From Terracidiphilus sp. (lineage in GTDB: Bacteria; Acidobacteriota; Terriglobia; Terriglobales; Acidobacteriaceae), in the NCBI GenBank assembly GCA_049793195.1, contig JBARBP010000167.1, positions 1,576-65,575 of the forward strand: a stretch of DNA of 64,000 nucleotides, in the 5' to 3' direction. The position numbers and the translations under genes were made by a program. Positions 8,947 through 18,419 of this stretch are shown here, one piece after another. Under the pieces are notes generated by a model. It saw nothing but the letters and a program-made list of their open reading frames with translations. It had not been told where the DNA came from and did not search any database. Each line of letters opens with the position of its first letter. The stretch's first letter is position 1.

Positions 8947-10569
8947 TCAGGAAAAACCGGCATTGCGGAGAATCCGGCGCACCTTCTTCGGGGAAATGGA
9001 GAGCCGCTCAGCCACCCTGGATATCTTTCTATCTTCGCGCAACCAGACTTTAGGGATAACGATCTCGGCAAACTCTTCAGTAACTTGCTGAAATGTCTTT
9101 TCTCCCAGTATCCCCTCGGACCATCCGCGAAGCGTATCGTTGATGCCGGATGCCTGCATAATGTGCGATTTCAGCGCAGCCAAGTCATCAATGAGATGAT
9201 CGTTCTCGCCCGCTCCAATTAGGTCAGTCGCTTCGCTTGCGCAGCGCTTTGCCAAATCCCATTCCTGGAAGAATTCGTTCGCTGCCGTCATCCCTCGTGC
9301 GATGTATGCAGCCGCAAGCAGTCGTCGATTTTGCGTGTGCTTCGCCAACTCCAAAGCTTCTTCACTGAATTGTTTCGCATGGCTCGCGTGCAGCGCGATA
9401 TCCACATCTTCACCAAGTTGCTCTTCGATCCTGGCGTTCTCCGTTGCCGATTGCAAAACACGCGCCCGGGCCATGAGAATCTGGTCATTCTTCTCGTGCC
9501 CGAGTCGATATGCCTCCAGTGCCTCACGGCTGGCGCGATCGATATCGCCTCCATCAAGATGGAGAGATCCAGAGTTGACGATGACTGCCCCAAGCCCTCC
9601 GCAGTGGCCATGAATGGCATAAATCTCGCGTGCTCGCCGCAACTGTTGAATTGCCTCGTCGCAGAGTTGCTGATAACGGGCGCGCAGGCCGGCCGGAGTG
9701 TTTGGGCCTTGCGCGGGCTCGTTGCCCTTTCCCGCCGAATGATGCGTCAGCGCTCGCGAGTCTATTCGCTTTTTCAACTGCAAGGCGAGAAGCCTTTTCA
9801 CATAGGCAGCATTCACAAGCGTCCTGGCGAGATTTCGATGGTTTGGATTTCCCGACGAATAAATTGCGATCGCAGAATCGAAATGTTCGAGCGCTTTGGC
9901 GTACTCTCCAGACCGGCGCACGATGCGGCCCCGTGCTGACCAGAGATTGCCTAGGGCTAGATAATGATCCGTGTCTTTAAGCGTGGCCTCCGCGTGGGTT
10001 AGCAATCGCAGAGCTTCTTTCTTCAAACCCTTTTGGAATAGAAGCCAGCCTTCGTGAATCTGAATAACTGAGGTTAGCATCGCGTTCTCACGAACTCGTT
10101 GCGAAATTTCGCGCGCGTGCACGATTTCCTTGAGCGCTATTTCGTACTCACCCTTCTTTCTGTGAGCCCGTCCTTTCCAGAAATGGGCGAGCGTCGCAAG
10201 ATGGTCGTCTGGCGTCCCAGGCCCGGCTTTCAACACAAAATCGAGAATCTCGATTGCCGTGTCCACCTCCTCGGCAGAGAGTGCCCGAAACCCCTCAACC
10301 ATGCGCAGCCGCAGGTAGTCGTCCACTGGGAGCTTACGTTGGCATTCGTGGGGAAATCTCAGAAGGAGCGAATCCAAAAGATGATGGTCCCGGTACCCTG
10401 CATCTACCCATTGTGCAATTAAGAAAAGTACCTCGATCGCATGAGAATGACTCGGAAGCAATTTCGTCCAACTTCCTTCCGATTGATCGAGCAATGCTAT
10501 GCCTTCGGAGACGCGCCGCAGCTTGAGCGCGCGACCCAGATCCTTGATAAACTGCGGTCCAATTGTCAT
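8947..10569 (-). CDS. TPR-like repeat protein with C-terminal Fis-type helix-turn-helix (putative transcriptional regulator)
   Basis: About 470 aa of helical repeat sequence (KGEYEIALKEIVHAREI, SGEYAKALEHFDSAIAIY). C-terminus RKISRVAERLSISPKKVRRILRNAGFS resembles the HTH_8/Fis motif. No Walker A/B seen. Confidence 0.7.
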   Translation of the reverse strand: MTIGPQFIKDLGRALKLRRVSEGIALLDQSEGSWTKLLPSHSHAIEVLFLIAQWVDAGYRDHHLLDSLLLRFPHECQRKLPVDDYLRLRMVEGFRALSAEEVDTAIEILDFVLKAGPGTPDDHLATLAHFWKGRAHRKKGEYEIALKEIVHAREISQRVRENAMLTSVIQIHEGWLLFQKGLKKEALRLLTHAEATLKDTDHYLALGNLWSARGRIVRRSGEYAKALEHFDSAIAIYSSGNPNHRNLARTLVNAAYVKRLLALQLKKRIDSRALTHHSAGKGNEPAQGPNTPAGLRARYQQLCDEAIQQLRRAREIYAIHGHCGGLGAVIVNSGSLHLDGGDIDRASREALEAYRLGHEKNDQILMARARVLQSATENARIEEQLGEDVDIALHASHAKQFSEEALELAKHTQNRRLLAAAYIARGMTAANEFFQEWDLAKRCASEATDLIGAGENDHLIDDLAALKSHIMQASGINDTLRGWSEGILGEKTFQQVTEEFAEIVIPKVWLREDRKISRVAERLSISPKKVRRILRNAGFS

Positions 10570-11044
10570 AATCCCGCCAATCCCTCAGGCAATCCAATTC
10601 GGTCGGCAAACGGCACTGAGAATGGAACCTCTTGGGTCCGAATAAAGGCCGTCTGTAGCCGATAGGTGTTACTTAAGCTAATTCAATCAAGGACCGCCGT
10701 TCCCATCCCTCCTGGATTTTCACCCACCAGCGGCGTCTTTGTCCACCGGTCCGAATCGGACGAGTCCCTCTTGTTCTTGACAGCGGCGTGAGTTCTACTC
10801 GGATTACTGGCCGTGATTGCGCCAGAGCAACCTGTCTCGAAAGAATGGAACATGGATTTGACCGCTGTCCAGCCGTACGATTGGAATTTACACCGCGCTC
10901 GAATGGGCAAATCGATATTTAGGAAACTGGAGATGTTAATTGCCTGAGCGCAAGATTCTGGGAATTCGAAAGGAAATACATCCTGTGAACGCAATGGTAC
11001 AAGCCGAGAACTCTACAGCATCCAGCCGAAGCGCGGAAAGCGAA

Positions 11045-11749
11045 ATGCCCCCGCTGAATCTTGACCGGGCTGCTTGCCTTCGAACCGTTCCTGGCCGGAT
11101 TCTCCTATTGGGCGCACCGGGCGTGGGCAAGGGATCCCAGGCCAAAGAGCTGGAGAAACTGTGGGGAATTCCGCACATCTCCACCGGCGACCTGCTGCGC
11201 GCCCATATTCGCCAAGGTACTGCGCTGGGCCGCATGGCCAAAGAAATTATCGGACGAGGGGAGCTGGTTCCTGACTCGCTCGTTGAGGAGCTAGTGGTGG
11301 CGCGACTACAGGACCCTGACGCGGCTGATGGCTGTATTTTGGATGGATTCCCACGCACACTTGACCAGGCAATCTGGCTGGATGAATGCCTCTCCGCCCT
11401 GGCAGACGGACTCCCGATTGTTGCTCTCGTGATTCGTGTGGCTCACAAGCAACTTCTGCGTCGTGTGACCGGGCGCAGGAACTGCCCTATCTGCCAGTCC
11501 ATTTACAACGTCCACACAAATCCGCCGCAACTGGATGGATTCTGCAATGTTGAGGGCGCGCCCCTTGTGCAGCGAACCGATGATACGGAGAACGTCTTCA
11601 AAGAACGAATGTATGCTTACGAAACGCTGACCGCGCAAGTTGTAGAGTACTACCGAGTCAGGGGGCGACTCGTGGAAGTGGATGGAGACCGTTCATTTGA
11701 AGAAGTCACGACCTCAATTTCTGCCGGCGTCGATCGGCTGCGTCAGTAG
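11045..11749 (+). CDS. adk: adenylate kinase
   Basis: ILLLGAPGVGKGSQ (P-loop), ISTGDLLR, LDGFPRT, lid RRNCPICQSIYNVHTNPPQLDGFCNVEG. The ORF is open from TTG 10940 (GGAG 7 nt upstream). ATG 11045 was chosen by closeness to the conserved N-terminus. Confidence 0.9.
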   Translation: MPPLNLDRAACLRTVPGRILLLGAPGVGKGSQAKELEKLWGIPHISTGDLLRAHIRQGTALGRMAKEIIGRGELVPDSLVEELVVARLQDPDAADGCILDGFPRTLDQAIWLDECLSALADGLPIVALVIRVAHKQLLRRVTGRRNCPICQSIYNVHTNPPQLDGFCNVEGAPLVQRTDDTENVFKERMYAYETLTAQVVEYYRVRGRLVEVDGDRSFEEVTTSISAGVDRLRQ

Positions 11750-12210
11750 CGTAATCGATAATCGTGCGATGCGCACCTAAGCACTTCTACGAAATTCGCT
11801 TCCAAACATTGCGGTAACCACATCGCCGCATTCCCACCGCCCGCAAGCTGATAACCTCGCCAGCGTCCCATTGGCTTAAAGTTGCACGGTTCCCCAGCTG
11901 CCACGGGTTGTGAGATCCAAGCGGCTCTTAGGCGTTAAGATATCGAATCTCCCATTAAATATCCGTTCGGATCCAGTTTTACGAAGCTTAGCTTTCCAAA
12001 TCAAGAGATAGGCGCAGCATAACAGTTAATGGGTGCGCCGTACCACTAACGTCTAAGTTCGAGAGAGAGGCTGTCTCTCGCCAAAACTCCATCCGGGCGT
12101 GAACAGGACGCATTGCCCTGACTTGCATGCCGCTTCGGAGCGTAAGATGGACGGGTCAACTTTATCTTGGGCCGCGACTCACTGCGATCCCTCGAATCAG
12201 GAGCGCCATT

Positions 12211-13863
12211 ATGAAGAAGATGTCTGACCTACAAGACAACAGAAACATTGAGCCGCCGTCCCCGGGTCGCCGCACCTTCGTAAAAGGCATAGCCGCCATC
12301 GGAGCCGGAGTCGCCACCTTCCCTCTCATGACCACCCCTGCTGAAGCGAAGACTCTGGCCGCGGCCGATAATCCAAATCCTTCGCAATCGAACGGAGCCG
12401 AGGTCGCGCTTCAAACACCCAAGACCTTCCAGGGCGACAAAATCGACTGGCATGGATTCGACCGTTACGACTTTGTGATGGATATGCAGACCTTGGCGAT
12501 TACACCTTTCAAGGCGCTTGCTGGCGAAGAGTCCGGCAGTCTCGGGACCTCGGCTCAAGGACAGCTTCGCTGTGTTGTCGTTGTGCCCAGGCAAGCGGCT
12601 CCCGGCAACCCCTGGTCATGGCGCGGCGTTTACTGGAATCACCAGCCCCAGGCCGAAGTCGAATTGCTCAAGCGCGGCTTTCATATCGTCTACATCTCGG
12701 TCGATCCCACGCCAAAGTCATTAACCGAGTGGGATGCCTGGTACGCCTTCCTCACCGGCCAGTACGGCTTGTCAAAAAAGCCCGCGTTCATCGGCATGAG
12801 CCGCGGCGGCGAATTCGAATATCGATGGGGCACCGCCAATCCCGAAAAAATCTCGTGCATCTATGCCGACAATCCAGGAATGGACCGCGACGGCTTTCAG
12901 AGATTGGGCGACCTGGCGCGGGCCGATGTCCCCATCCTTCAAGTCTGCGGCACCATCGATCCCATCTTCGGCAAATTTGCTTCCGCCATCGATGCCATCT
13001 ATCGGGAATTCGGCGGACGCATCTCGATGATGGTCAAGGAGGGCTACGCCCATCATCCACATAGCCTCCGCAACCCCAAGCCAATCGCTGACTTTATCGA
13101 GCAGAGCGTGCAGGCCGTCAGGGGCCCGGCACCGGAGTTCGTCGGCGACAGCTTTACAAGAACCTCCTACTACAGCATCGAGAATTTTTACCGCGATTAC
13201 CCGGATGAAGATACCTACATCACATGCCGCGGCCCCCTGTTTTCCCCTTGCTACAACCGCTACGAGTTCCGCGTGAGCGGCGCGTCCATGTCCGCCACGG
13301 TCATCGTGCCGAACACCGTGGCAGCGGGCATGCCCTGGGTCTATCGCGCGGGTTTTGTGTTCCGCGACGCAAAGGTCGATCAGGAACTTCTGGCCAAGGG
13401 ATTTCACATCGTCACCGCCCCTGTAACCACCAACGCCGACGGCCCCCTGATGAAAGATTGGGACGCGGCTTATGAATACCTTGTCGCGCACGGATTTGCG
13501 AAGAAGCCCGTGATCGAAGGCGCGGGAGGCGGCGCCGGAGAAATGTACGAATGGGCCATAGAAAACCCTGACAAAGTATCCTGCGTTTACGCTGAGAATC
13601 CGCGCATGCGCAGCGCTCTGGCGAAAACTCAACCGCTCGACAATCTCGCCCCGCTCGCCAAAGCCAAGGTGCCTCTCCTCCACATTTGCGGCAGTCTCGA
13701 CCCGTGGTTCAAGGACAATACGCTCGAGGTCGAAAAGCGATACAAGCAACTCGGTGGCAAGATCGAAGTCATCGTCAAGCGGGGTGTTGGACATTATCCG
13801 CTTGGACCCGATGAACCGGCCCCGGTCGTGGACTTTATCGTCCGCGCCGCGACACACGGATGA
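12211..13863 (+). CDS. TAT-exported protein with two tandem alpha/beta-hydrolase-like (esterase/dienelactone-hydrolase-like) domains
   Basis: ATG 12211 preceded by AGGAG. Twin-arginine signal SPGRRTFVKGIAAIGAGVA...AEA. Two homologous halves (LLKRGFHIVY...GMSRGG...NPEKISCIYADNP...VPILQVCGTIDP...GYAHHP versus LLAKGFHIVT...GAGGGA...NPDKVSCVYAENP...VPLLHICGSLDP...GVGHYP). Confidence 0.7.
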   Translation: MKKMSDLQDNRNIEPPSPGRRTFVKGIAAIGAGVATFPLMTTPAEAKTLAAADNPNPSQSNGAEVALQTPKTFQGDKIDWHGFDRYDFVMDMQTLAITPFKALAGEESGSLGTSAQGQLRCVVVVPRQAAPGNPWSWRGVYWNHQPQAEVELLKRGFHIVYISVDPTPKSLTEWDAWYAFLTGQYGLSKKPAFIGMSRGGEFEYRWGTANPEKISCIYADNPGMDRDGFQRLGDLARADVPILQVCGTIDPIFGKFASAIDAIYREFGGRISMMVKEGYAHHPHSLRNPKPIADFIEQSVQAVRGPAPEFVGDSFTRTSYYSIENFYRDYPDEDTYITCRGPLFSPCYNRYEFRVSGASMSATVIVPNTVAAGMPWVYRAGFVFRDAKVDQELLAKGFHIVTAPVTTNADGPLMKDWDAAYEYLVAHGFAKKPVIEGAGGGAGEMYEWAIENPDKVSCVYAENPRMRSALAKTQPLDNLAPLAKAKVPLLHICGSLDPWFKDNTLEVEKRYKQLGGKIEVIVKRGVGHYPLGPDEPAPVVDFIVRAATHG

Positions 13864-14209
13864 CTTCCGCAGTCACCCTGAAATTACTCTTGAGGCGAAC
13901 TGCCTTATCGCAAGCCTCCGCGGTTGCATCTGCAAAGCCTCGCCCTATGCCACTTATAGTCATTAACTGGAGCCGCCTTCCCTTTTAGTCTCATCTTTGA
14001 GTGTCCGATTCCTTTCAAGTCAATCTACAACGTCAAGAGACCAATTCAAGCCAGCCAGGTTGTTTCAAGTGAATAACCCTTCGACGTTGGCCTCAGCCCA
14101 AAGCAATAAGTATTGTGGTGGCGAATGTTGACGTAGATATCCGAACAGGACATCTCCTCTTGGATTCTGGACGACAGTCCATTCGGCTCATTTACTAGAT
14201 CGAATGGTT

Positions 14210-15124
14210 TCAAGAATCAGGACCGGGCGAGGATCCAGAGGAATCAGCGCTTTGTCTCGCCAAGGCCATCAGGCGTGTCATTGCAGGATAGGGCTTGTCC
14301 TGTAGGTGCACCATTAGCGTTTCAATAACCGGAGTGTCATCGTCGATCTGTAGATAATTAACGCCCTCTCGCTTCAAGGCAACCATAGATTCCGGAACTA
14401 ATGCGACTCCCATTCCAACGCAGACAAAGCCTATGGCCGTTTGAAATTGATTAGTCTCCTGAGCCACTTTCGGTGACAGTCCCGCTTTATAGCAGGTCTG
14501 AAAGATTGAGTCGTATAACCCCGGGCTGATAGTGCGCGGAATTGTAATGAACTGCTCGCCCTCCAGCTCAATCAGCCTTGCTCGTTCCTGGTTTGCCATT
14601 GGATGATGATCCGGGACCGCAAGTACAAGGCGCTCCCTATGGATGCACTCAGCTACGAGGGAGTCCGATTGCAACCTTCCGTAGCAAAATCCAACATCGA
14701 GCCTCCGGTCATGGAATGCCTTTTCTTGAAGCGGCGTCACCAATTCTGACAGTTGCAGGCTCACCATCGGCATACTGGCTCGCAGTTGACGGAGGATCAT
14801 GGGGACAACCCCATATGCCATTGCCGGAGCCATGCTAACCCTGAGAGTTCCAATCTCTCCACGGCTTGCTCGGTGTACCACCTCGGCAGCTTCCGATACA
14901 TCCAACAAAATCTTGCGCGCTTCTTCCAGGAATGCCGTCCCGGCCACTGTCAGGCGTACCTCTCGGCCTCGGCTTCGCTCCAGTAGGCGAGTTCCAAGCT
15001 CATCTTCGAGTTGGTTAATCTGCTCGCTCAGCGGCGGTTGAGAGATATGCAGTTGTTCGGCAGCTCTTCGAAAATGGAGCTGTTCTGCGACCGCGACGAA
15101 GTACCTCAAATGCCGCAATTCCAT
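14210..15124 (-). CDS. LysR-family transcriptional regulator
   Basis: MELRHLRYFVAVAEQLHFRRAAEQLHISQPPLSEQINQLEDELGTRLLERS is the classic LysR wHTH N-terminus. About 300 aa. Confidence 0.9.
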   Translation of the reverse strand: MELRHLRYFVAVAEQLHFRRAAEQLHISQPPLSEQINQLEDELGTRLLERSRGREVRLTVAGTAFLEEARKILLDVSEAAEVVHRASRGEIGTLRVSMAPAMAYGVVPMILRQLRASMPMVSLQLSELVTPLQEKAFHDRRLDVGFCYGRLQSDSLVAECIHRERLVLAVPDHHPMANQERARLIELEGEQFITIPRTISPGLYDSIFQTCYKAGLSPKVAQETNQFQTAIGFVCVGMGVALVPESMVALKREGVNYLQIDDDTPVIETLMVHLQDKPYPAMTRLMALARQSADSSGSSPGPDS

Positions 15125-15522
15125 GACTGATTATAGAACGGCGATGAAACCGGGCAGCGCTAAACAATGACGTTAGTTAGATTTGGCGCTCGAATTGATC
15201 TGAAAGGAATATCAGACGATAGCAACAAGATATTAGACGCAGTCAGGAGTTAGAAGGTATAAACACAGTATTTCTTTAGAACCTACCTCCAGGCGAGTCA
15301 ATTTGCAGGCCAGAATGAACACGCAAGCAACCAACCTCGACTTTGCCGGAGGAGCGAATGCATATCGCAACGGGCGGGCATTTCCCCTGCATTCTGCTTC
15401 AGACGCGCCTTCCAAAAACTGGGTTGCCATAGACAAAGATCTCGGGACGCCAAATCTGGGTGATCTCGTCATACGGAAGCCTCTAATCGCTCACGGCCAG
15501 GACGACATTCAGAAAGGGAACC

Positions 15523-16224
15523 TTGAATAAGCTTTGGCCCAATCCCAACGCTGCGCTCGCCGACTTACTTGAAGACGGCATGACGCTTGCTGTCGGCGGC
15601 TTCGGACTCTGCGGAATTCCCGATAATCTCATTCTCGCTTTGCGTGCGCTGGGTAGGAAGAACCTGGTGATTGTCAGCAATAACGCGGGCGTCGACGACT
15701 GGGGTCTTGGCTTGCTGCTCCAGGAGCACCAGATCCGCAAGATGGTCTCCAGTTACATAGGCGAAAATTGTGAATTCGAAAGACAATACCTTGCCGGTGA
15801 ACTTGAGCTCGAACTCTGCCCCCAGGGCACCCTTGCGGAAAGACTCCGCGCCGGCGGAGCCGGTATCCCTGCTTTCTATACACCCACAGGCGTCGGCACT
15901 CTGGTCGCAGACGGCAAGGATCATCGTGACTTCGATGGTCGAACTTACATCCTTGAACGCGGTATCCAAGCCGATATCTCGCTCGTGAAGGCCTGGAAGG
16001 CCGACACCGCCGGTAACCTCGTCTATCGCAAGACCGCGCGTAACTTCAACCCGGAGGTGGCGGCATGCGGAGCAGTCGCAATCGCCGAGGTCGAAGAACT
16101 CGTGGGCGTCGGTGAGATCGATCCCGATCAAGTGCATACTCCCGGCATTTACATCGATCGCATCGTGCACTGCCCTGGCCACCTGAAGCGCATTGAACGC
16201 AGAATTGTGCGAGGTACAAACTGA
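15523..16224 (+). CDS. scoA: 3-oxoacid CoA-transferase subunit A
   Basis: [37 protein letters not shown]...SNNAG...[32 protein letters not shown] start. Divergent from the LysR gene. Confidence 0.9.
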   Translation: MNKLWPNPNAALADLLEDGMTLAVGGFGLCGIPDNLILALRALGRKNLVIVSNNAGVDDWGLGLLLQEHQIRKMVSSYIGENCEFERQYLAGELELELCPQGTLAERLRAGGAGIPAFYTPTGVGTLVADGKDHRDFDGRTYILERGIQADISLVKAWKADTAGNLVYRKTARNFNPEVAACGAVAIAEVEELVGVGEIDPDQVHTPGIYIDRIVHCPGHLKRIERRIVRGTN

Positions 16225-16871
16225 TGTCCTGGTCTCTCAAGCAAATGGCTGAGCGGGCGGCTCAGGAGCTGCAAGACGGCGACTACGTGAATTTAGGAAT
16301 TGGCATGCCCACCATGGTTGCTGCTTACACCCCGCCAGGGATCACAGTTACATTGCAATCGGAAAACGGACTGCTCGGCATCGGCGACTTTCCAGAGGAA
16401 GACCAGGTCGATGCAGATCTTGTCAATGCGGGGAAACAAACCGTCACTGCCAATCCTGGGGCTAGTTTCGTTTCAAGCGCCGAGTCTTTCGCCATGATTC
16501 GTGGGGGGCACATCGATCTTGCCATTCTCGGTGCGATGCAGGTCTCGGAATGCGGCGATCTGGCGAATTGGATGATTCCAGGCCAGCTGGTCAAAGGCAT
16601 GGGAGGAGCAATGGATTTAGTCGCTGGCGTCCGGCGCGTAGTTGTCCTCATGCAGCACGCCGCAAAATCCGGGCAGCCCAAGATCGTAAAGACCTGTTCC
16701 TTGCCGTTGACTGGAGCCCGCGTCGTCCAGCGCATAATCACCGACCTTTGCGTGCTCGATGTCACTCCGGATGGTCTGCGGCTGCGAGAACTTGCACCCG
16801 GCGTTTCGGTGGATGATGTGCAATCGAAAACCGAACCGACAATTCTCATTCCTTCTGAAGTTGCTCTCTGA
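16224..16871 (+). CDS. scoB: 3-oxoacid CoA-transferase subunit B
   Basis: [10 protein letters not shown]...LQSENGLLG...[24 protein letters not shown]...GMGGAMDLV. Start overlaps the scoA stop. Confidence 0.9.
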   Translation: MSWSLKQMAERAAQELQDGDYVNLGIGMPTMVAAYTPPGITVTLQSENGLLGIGDFPEEDQVDADLVNAGKQTVTANPGASFVSSAESFAMIRGGHIDLAILGAMQVSECGDLANWMIPGQLVKGMGGAMDLVAGVRRVVVLMQHAAKSGQPKIVKTCSLPLTGARVVQRIITDLCVLDVTPDGLRLRELAPGVSVDDVQSKTEPTILIPSEVAL

Positions 16872-17057
16872 ACCCCGTCATCGTTTCTGCAAAGCGCACA
16901 AAACCGCGTGGCATACCTCACTCTCAATTCATCTTCAAATTCAACAAGGGATTCATGCGGCGACAACTCAGGCTGCCAGATTGTTGCCATGATGCAGCCC
17001 GCCCAACCTTCGCGGCTTTCAGTGACCAGGTATGCGAAACTGTGAGCAACGCCAGAT

Positions 17058-18146
17058 ATGAAATCGGCAGACAAAAACGGCAAAGCGGCTGGCATTCGCG
17101 AGATCGCCGAAGCCCTAGGTACATCGATCGGCACGGTGGATCGCGCCCTGCATGCACGAAGCGGCGTAAGCGCTCGTACAAAGGAGCGGGTGCTGCGCCT
17201 GGCCCATCAACTCGGCTACAAGCCCAACATCGCCGCAAGGTCGCTTAAGCTCAACCGCAAAGTTCGAATCGCCGCTGTATTCCCTCGCGAAATAGCAGCT
17301 TTCTTCGGTCCTCTGCGGGCAGGAATTCAAACAGCCGCGGATGAAGCCATCGGAATGCAGCTTACACTCGATTTTATCGACTATCCACGCCTTGGTTCAG
17401 GCGATATTGCAGCCCTCAAGAGAACCGCGTCGAAGAAATACGACGGAATACTCTTCACCCCCGGACGCCCCAGCGAATTGGCCGGGGTTATTCGCCGCAT
17501 CGTCGGGCAAGGGATTCCAATGCTTTGCGTCGCCAGCGATGCACCAGACAGCGGCTGCATTTCCTCAGTCATGGTGGATGCATACATCAGTGGCGCGCTC
17601 GCAGCGGAACTGCTGTCGCACAAACTGCAGACTCCGTCCCGCGTCGCAACCATTACCGGCGATTTGGCCACCTTCGATCACGCAGAGAAGCTTCGAGGTT
17701 TTGCAGCATCTCTCGCAGTGCTTGCTCCCCATCTGACCCTTCTTCCCGCCGTCGAATCCCACGAAAGCGTCGAGGATGCCTACCGCCAATCCATCGCGCT
17801 GCTGAAGTCCAAAAAGCGCCCCGATGCAATTTACATCAGCACGGCAAACAGTCTTCCGGTATTCCGCGCGCTTGAAGAACTGAAGCTTCTCGGCCGCGTG
17901 CAGGTGATTGCGACTGATCTTTTTCCAGAGTTGGTACCGCTTGTGGAATCCGGAAAGGTTCTGGCCACGCTCTATCAGCGCCCGGAAGCGCAGGGCAAAA
18001 CTGCGTTCGAAACGCTCATCGCTCATCTGTCAGACAAGAGCAAACCCGTCAAAAGTCACCGTTTTGCCCCGCACATCATTCTCCGCAGCAATCTTTCACT
18101 CTTTGTTAACAGGCTTACAAGCTCAGTAGAAAATTTCGCGGGGTAG
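17058..18146 (+). CDS. LacI-family transcriptional regulator
   Basis: IREIAEALGTSIGTVDRALHARSGVSARTKERVLRLAHQLGYKPN (LacI HTH) followed by a periplasmic-binding-protein-like sugar-binding core. Confidence 0.9.
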   Translation: MKSADKNGKAAGIREIAEALGTSIGTVDRALHARSGVSARTKERVLRLAHQLGYKPNIAARSLKLNRKVRIAAVFPREIAAFFGPLRAGIQTAADEAIGMQLTLDFIDYPRLGSGDIAALKRTASKKYDGILFTPGRPSELAGVIRRIVGQGIPMLCVASDAPDSGCISSVMVDAYISGALAAELLSHKLQTPSRVATITGDLATFDHAEKLRGFAASLAVLAPHLTLLPAVESHESVEDAYRQSIALLKSKKRPDAIYISTANSLPVFRALEELKLLGRVQVIATDLFPELVPLVESGKVLATLYQRPEAQGKTAFETLIAHLSDKSKPVKSHRFAPHIILRSNLSLFVNRLTSSVENFAG

Positions 18147-18298
18147 CTGCCTATAATTTGGCCGGCTCGAATCGAATTGCGCTACCGCCTCCGGCCTCGA
18201 GGTTGATTGTGATGATGTGGCTGCTTCGCGCACGCTACTGTCGCATGGCCGCATGCTTAGAATTCTCTGCGGCGTCAATCGCGGCGGGTGCCCGGTGC

Positions 18299-18328
18299 TT
18301 GACAATCGCAGCGAGCAACTCCTACAGT
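18299..18328 (+). promoter_or_regulatory. candidate sigma-70-type promoter for the DUF5107/sugar-porter unit
   Basis: TTGACA (18299-18304), 18-nt spacer, TACAGT (18323-18328). About 90 nt upstream of the GTG at 18420. Confidence 0.3.
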
Positions 18329-18419
18329 GACAAATACGGTAACGTACACGGTCAGCAGAATGCCGCCCGACTTATCACGCCGTATCCGCATTCCGCCTCG
18401 ACCGTGAAAAGGACCTCTT

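Noticed and set aside
12772-13857. 361-aa ORF on the minus strand
   Set aside because: It lies entirely antisense to the well-supported TAT-exported hydrolase gene. Its composition is Arg/Gly/Ala-rich and it has no motif. This is the typical shadow ORF seen in GC-rich DNA.
15199-15216. TCTGA-N8-TCAGA dyad in the LysR/scoA divergent region as a LysR T-N11-A box
   Set aside because: The arms are only 5 bp, and many such dyads are expected by chance in 400 bp. I did not report it as a feature.
15303-15530. 75-codon ORF ending 8 nt inside the scoA start (possible coupled upstream small protein)
   Set aside because: There is no SD before either TTG 15303 or ATG 15315. By my hand count the third-position GC is 39 of 71 codons, which is not distinctive. 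It has no motif. ScoA has a complete canonical N-terminus without it.
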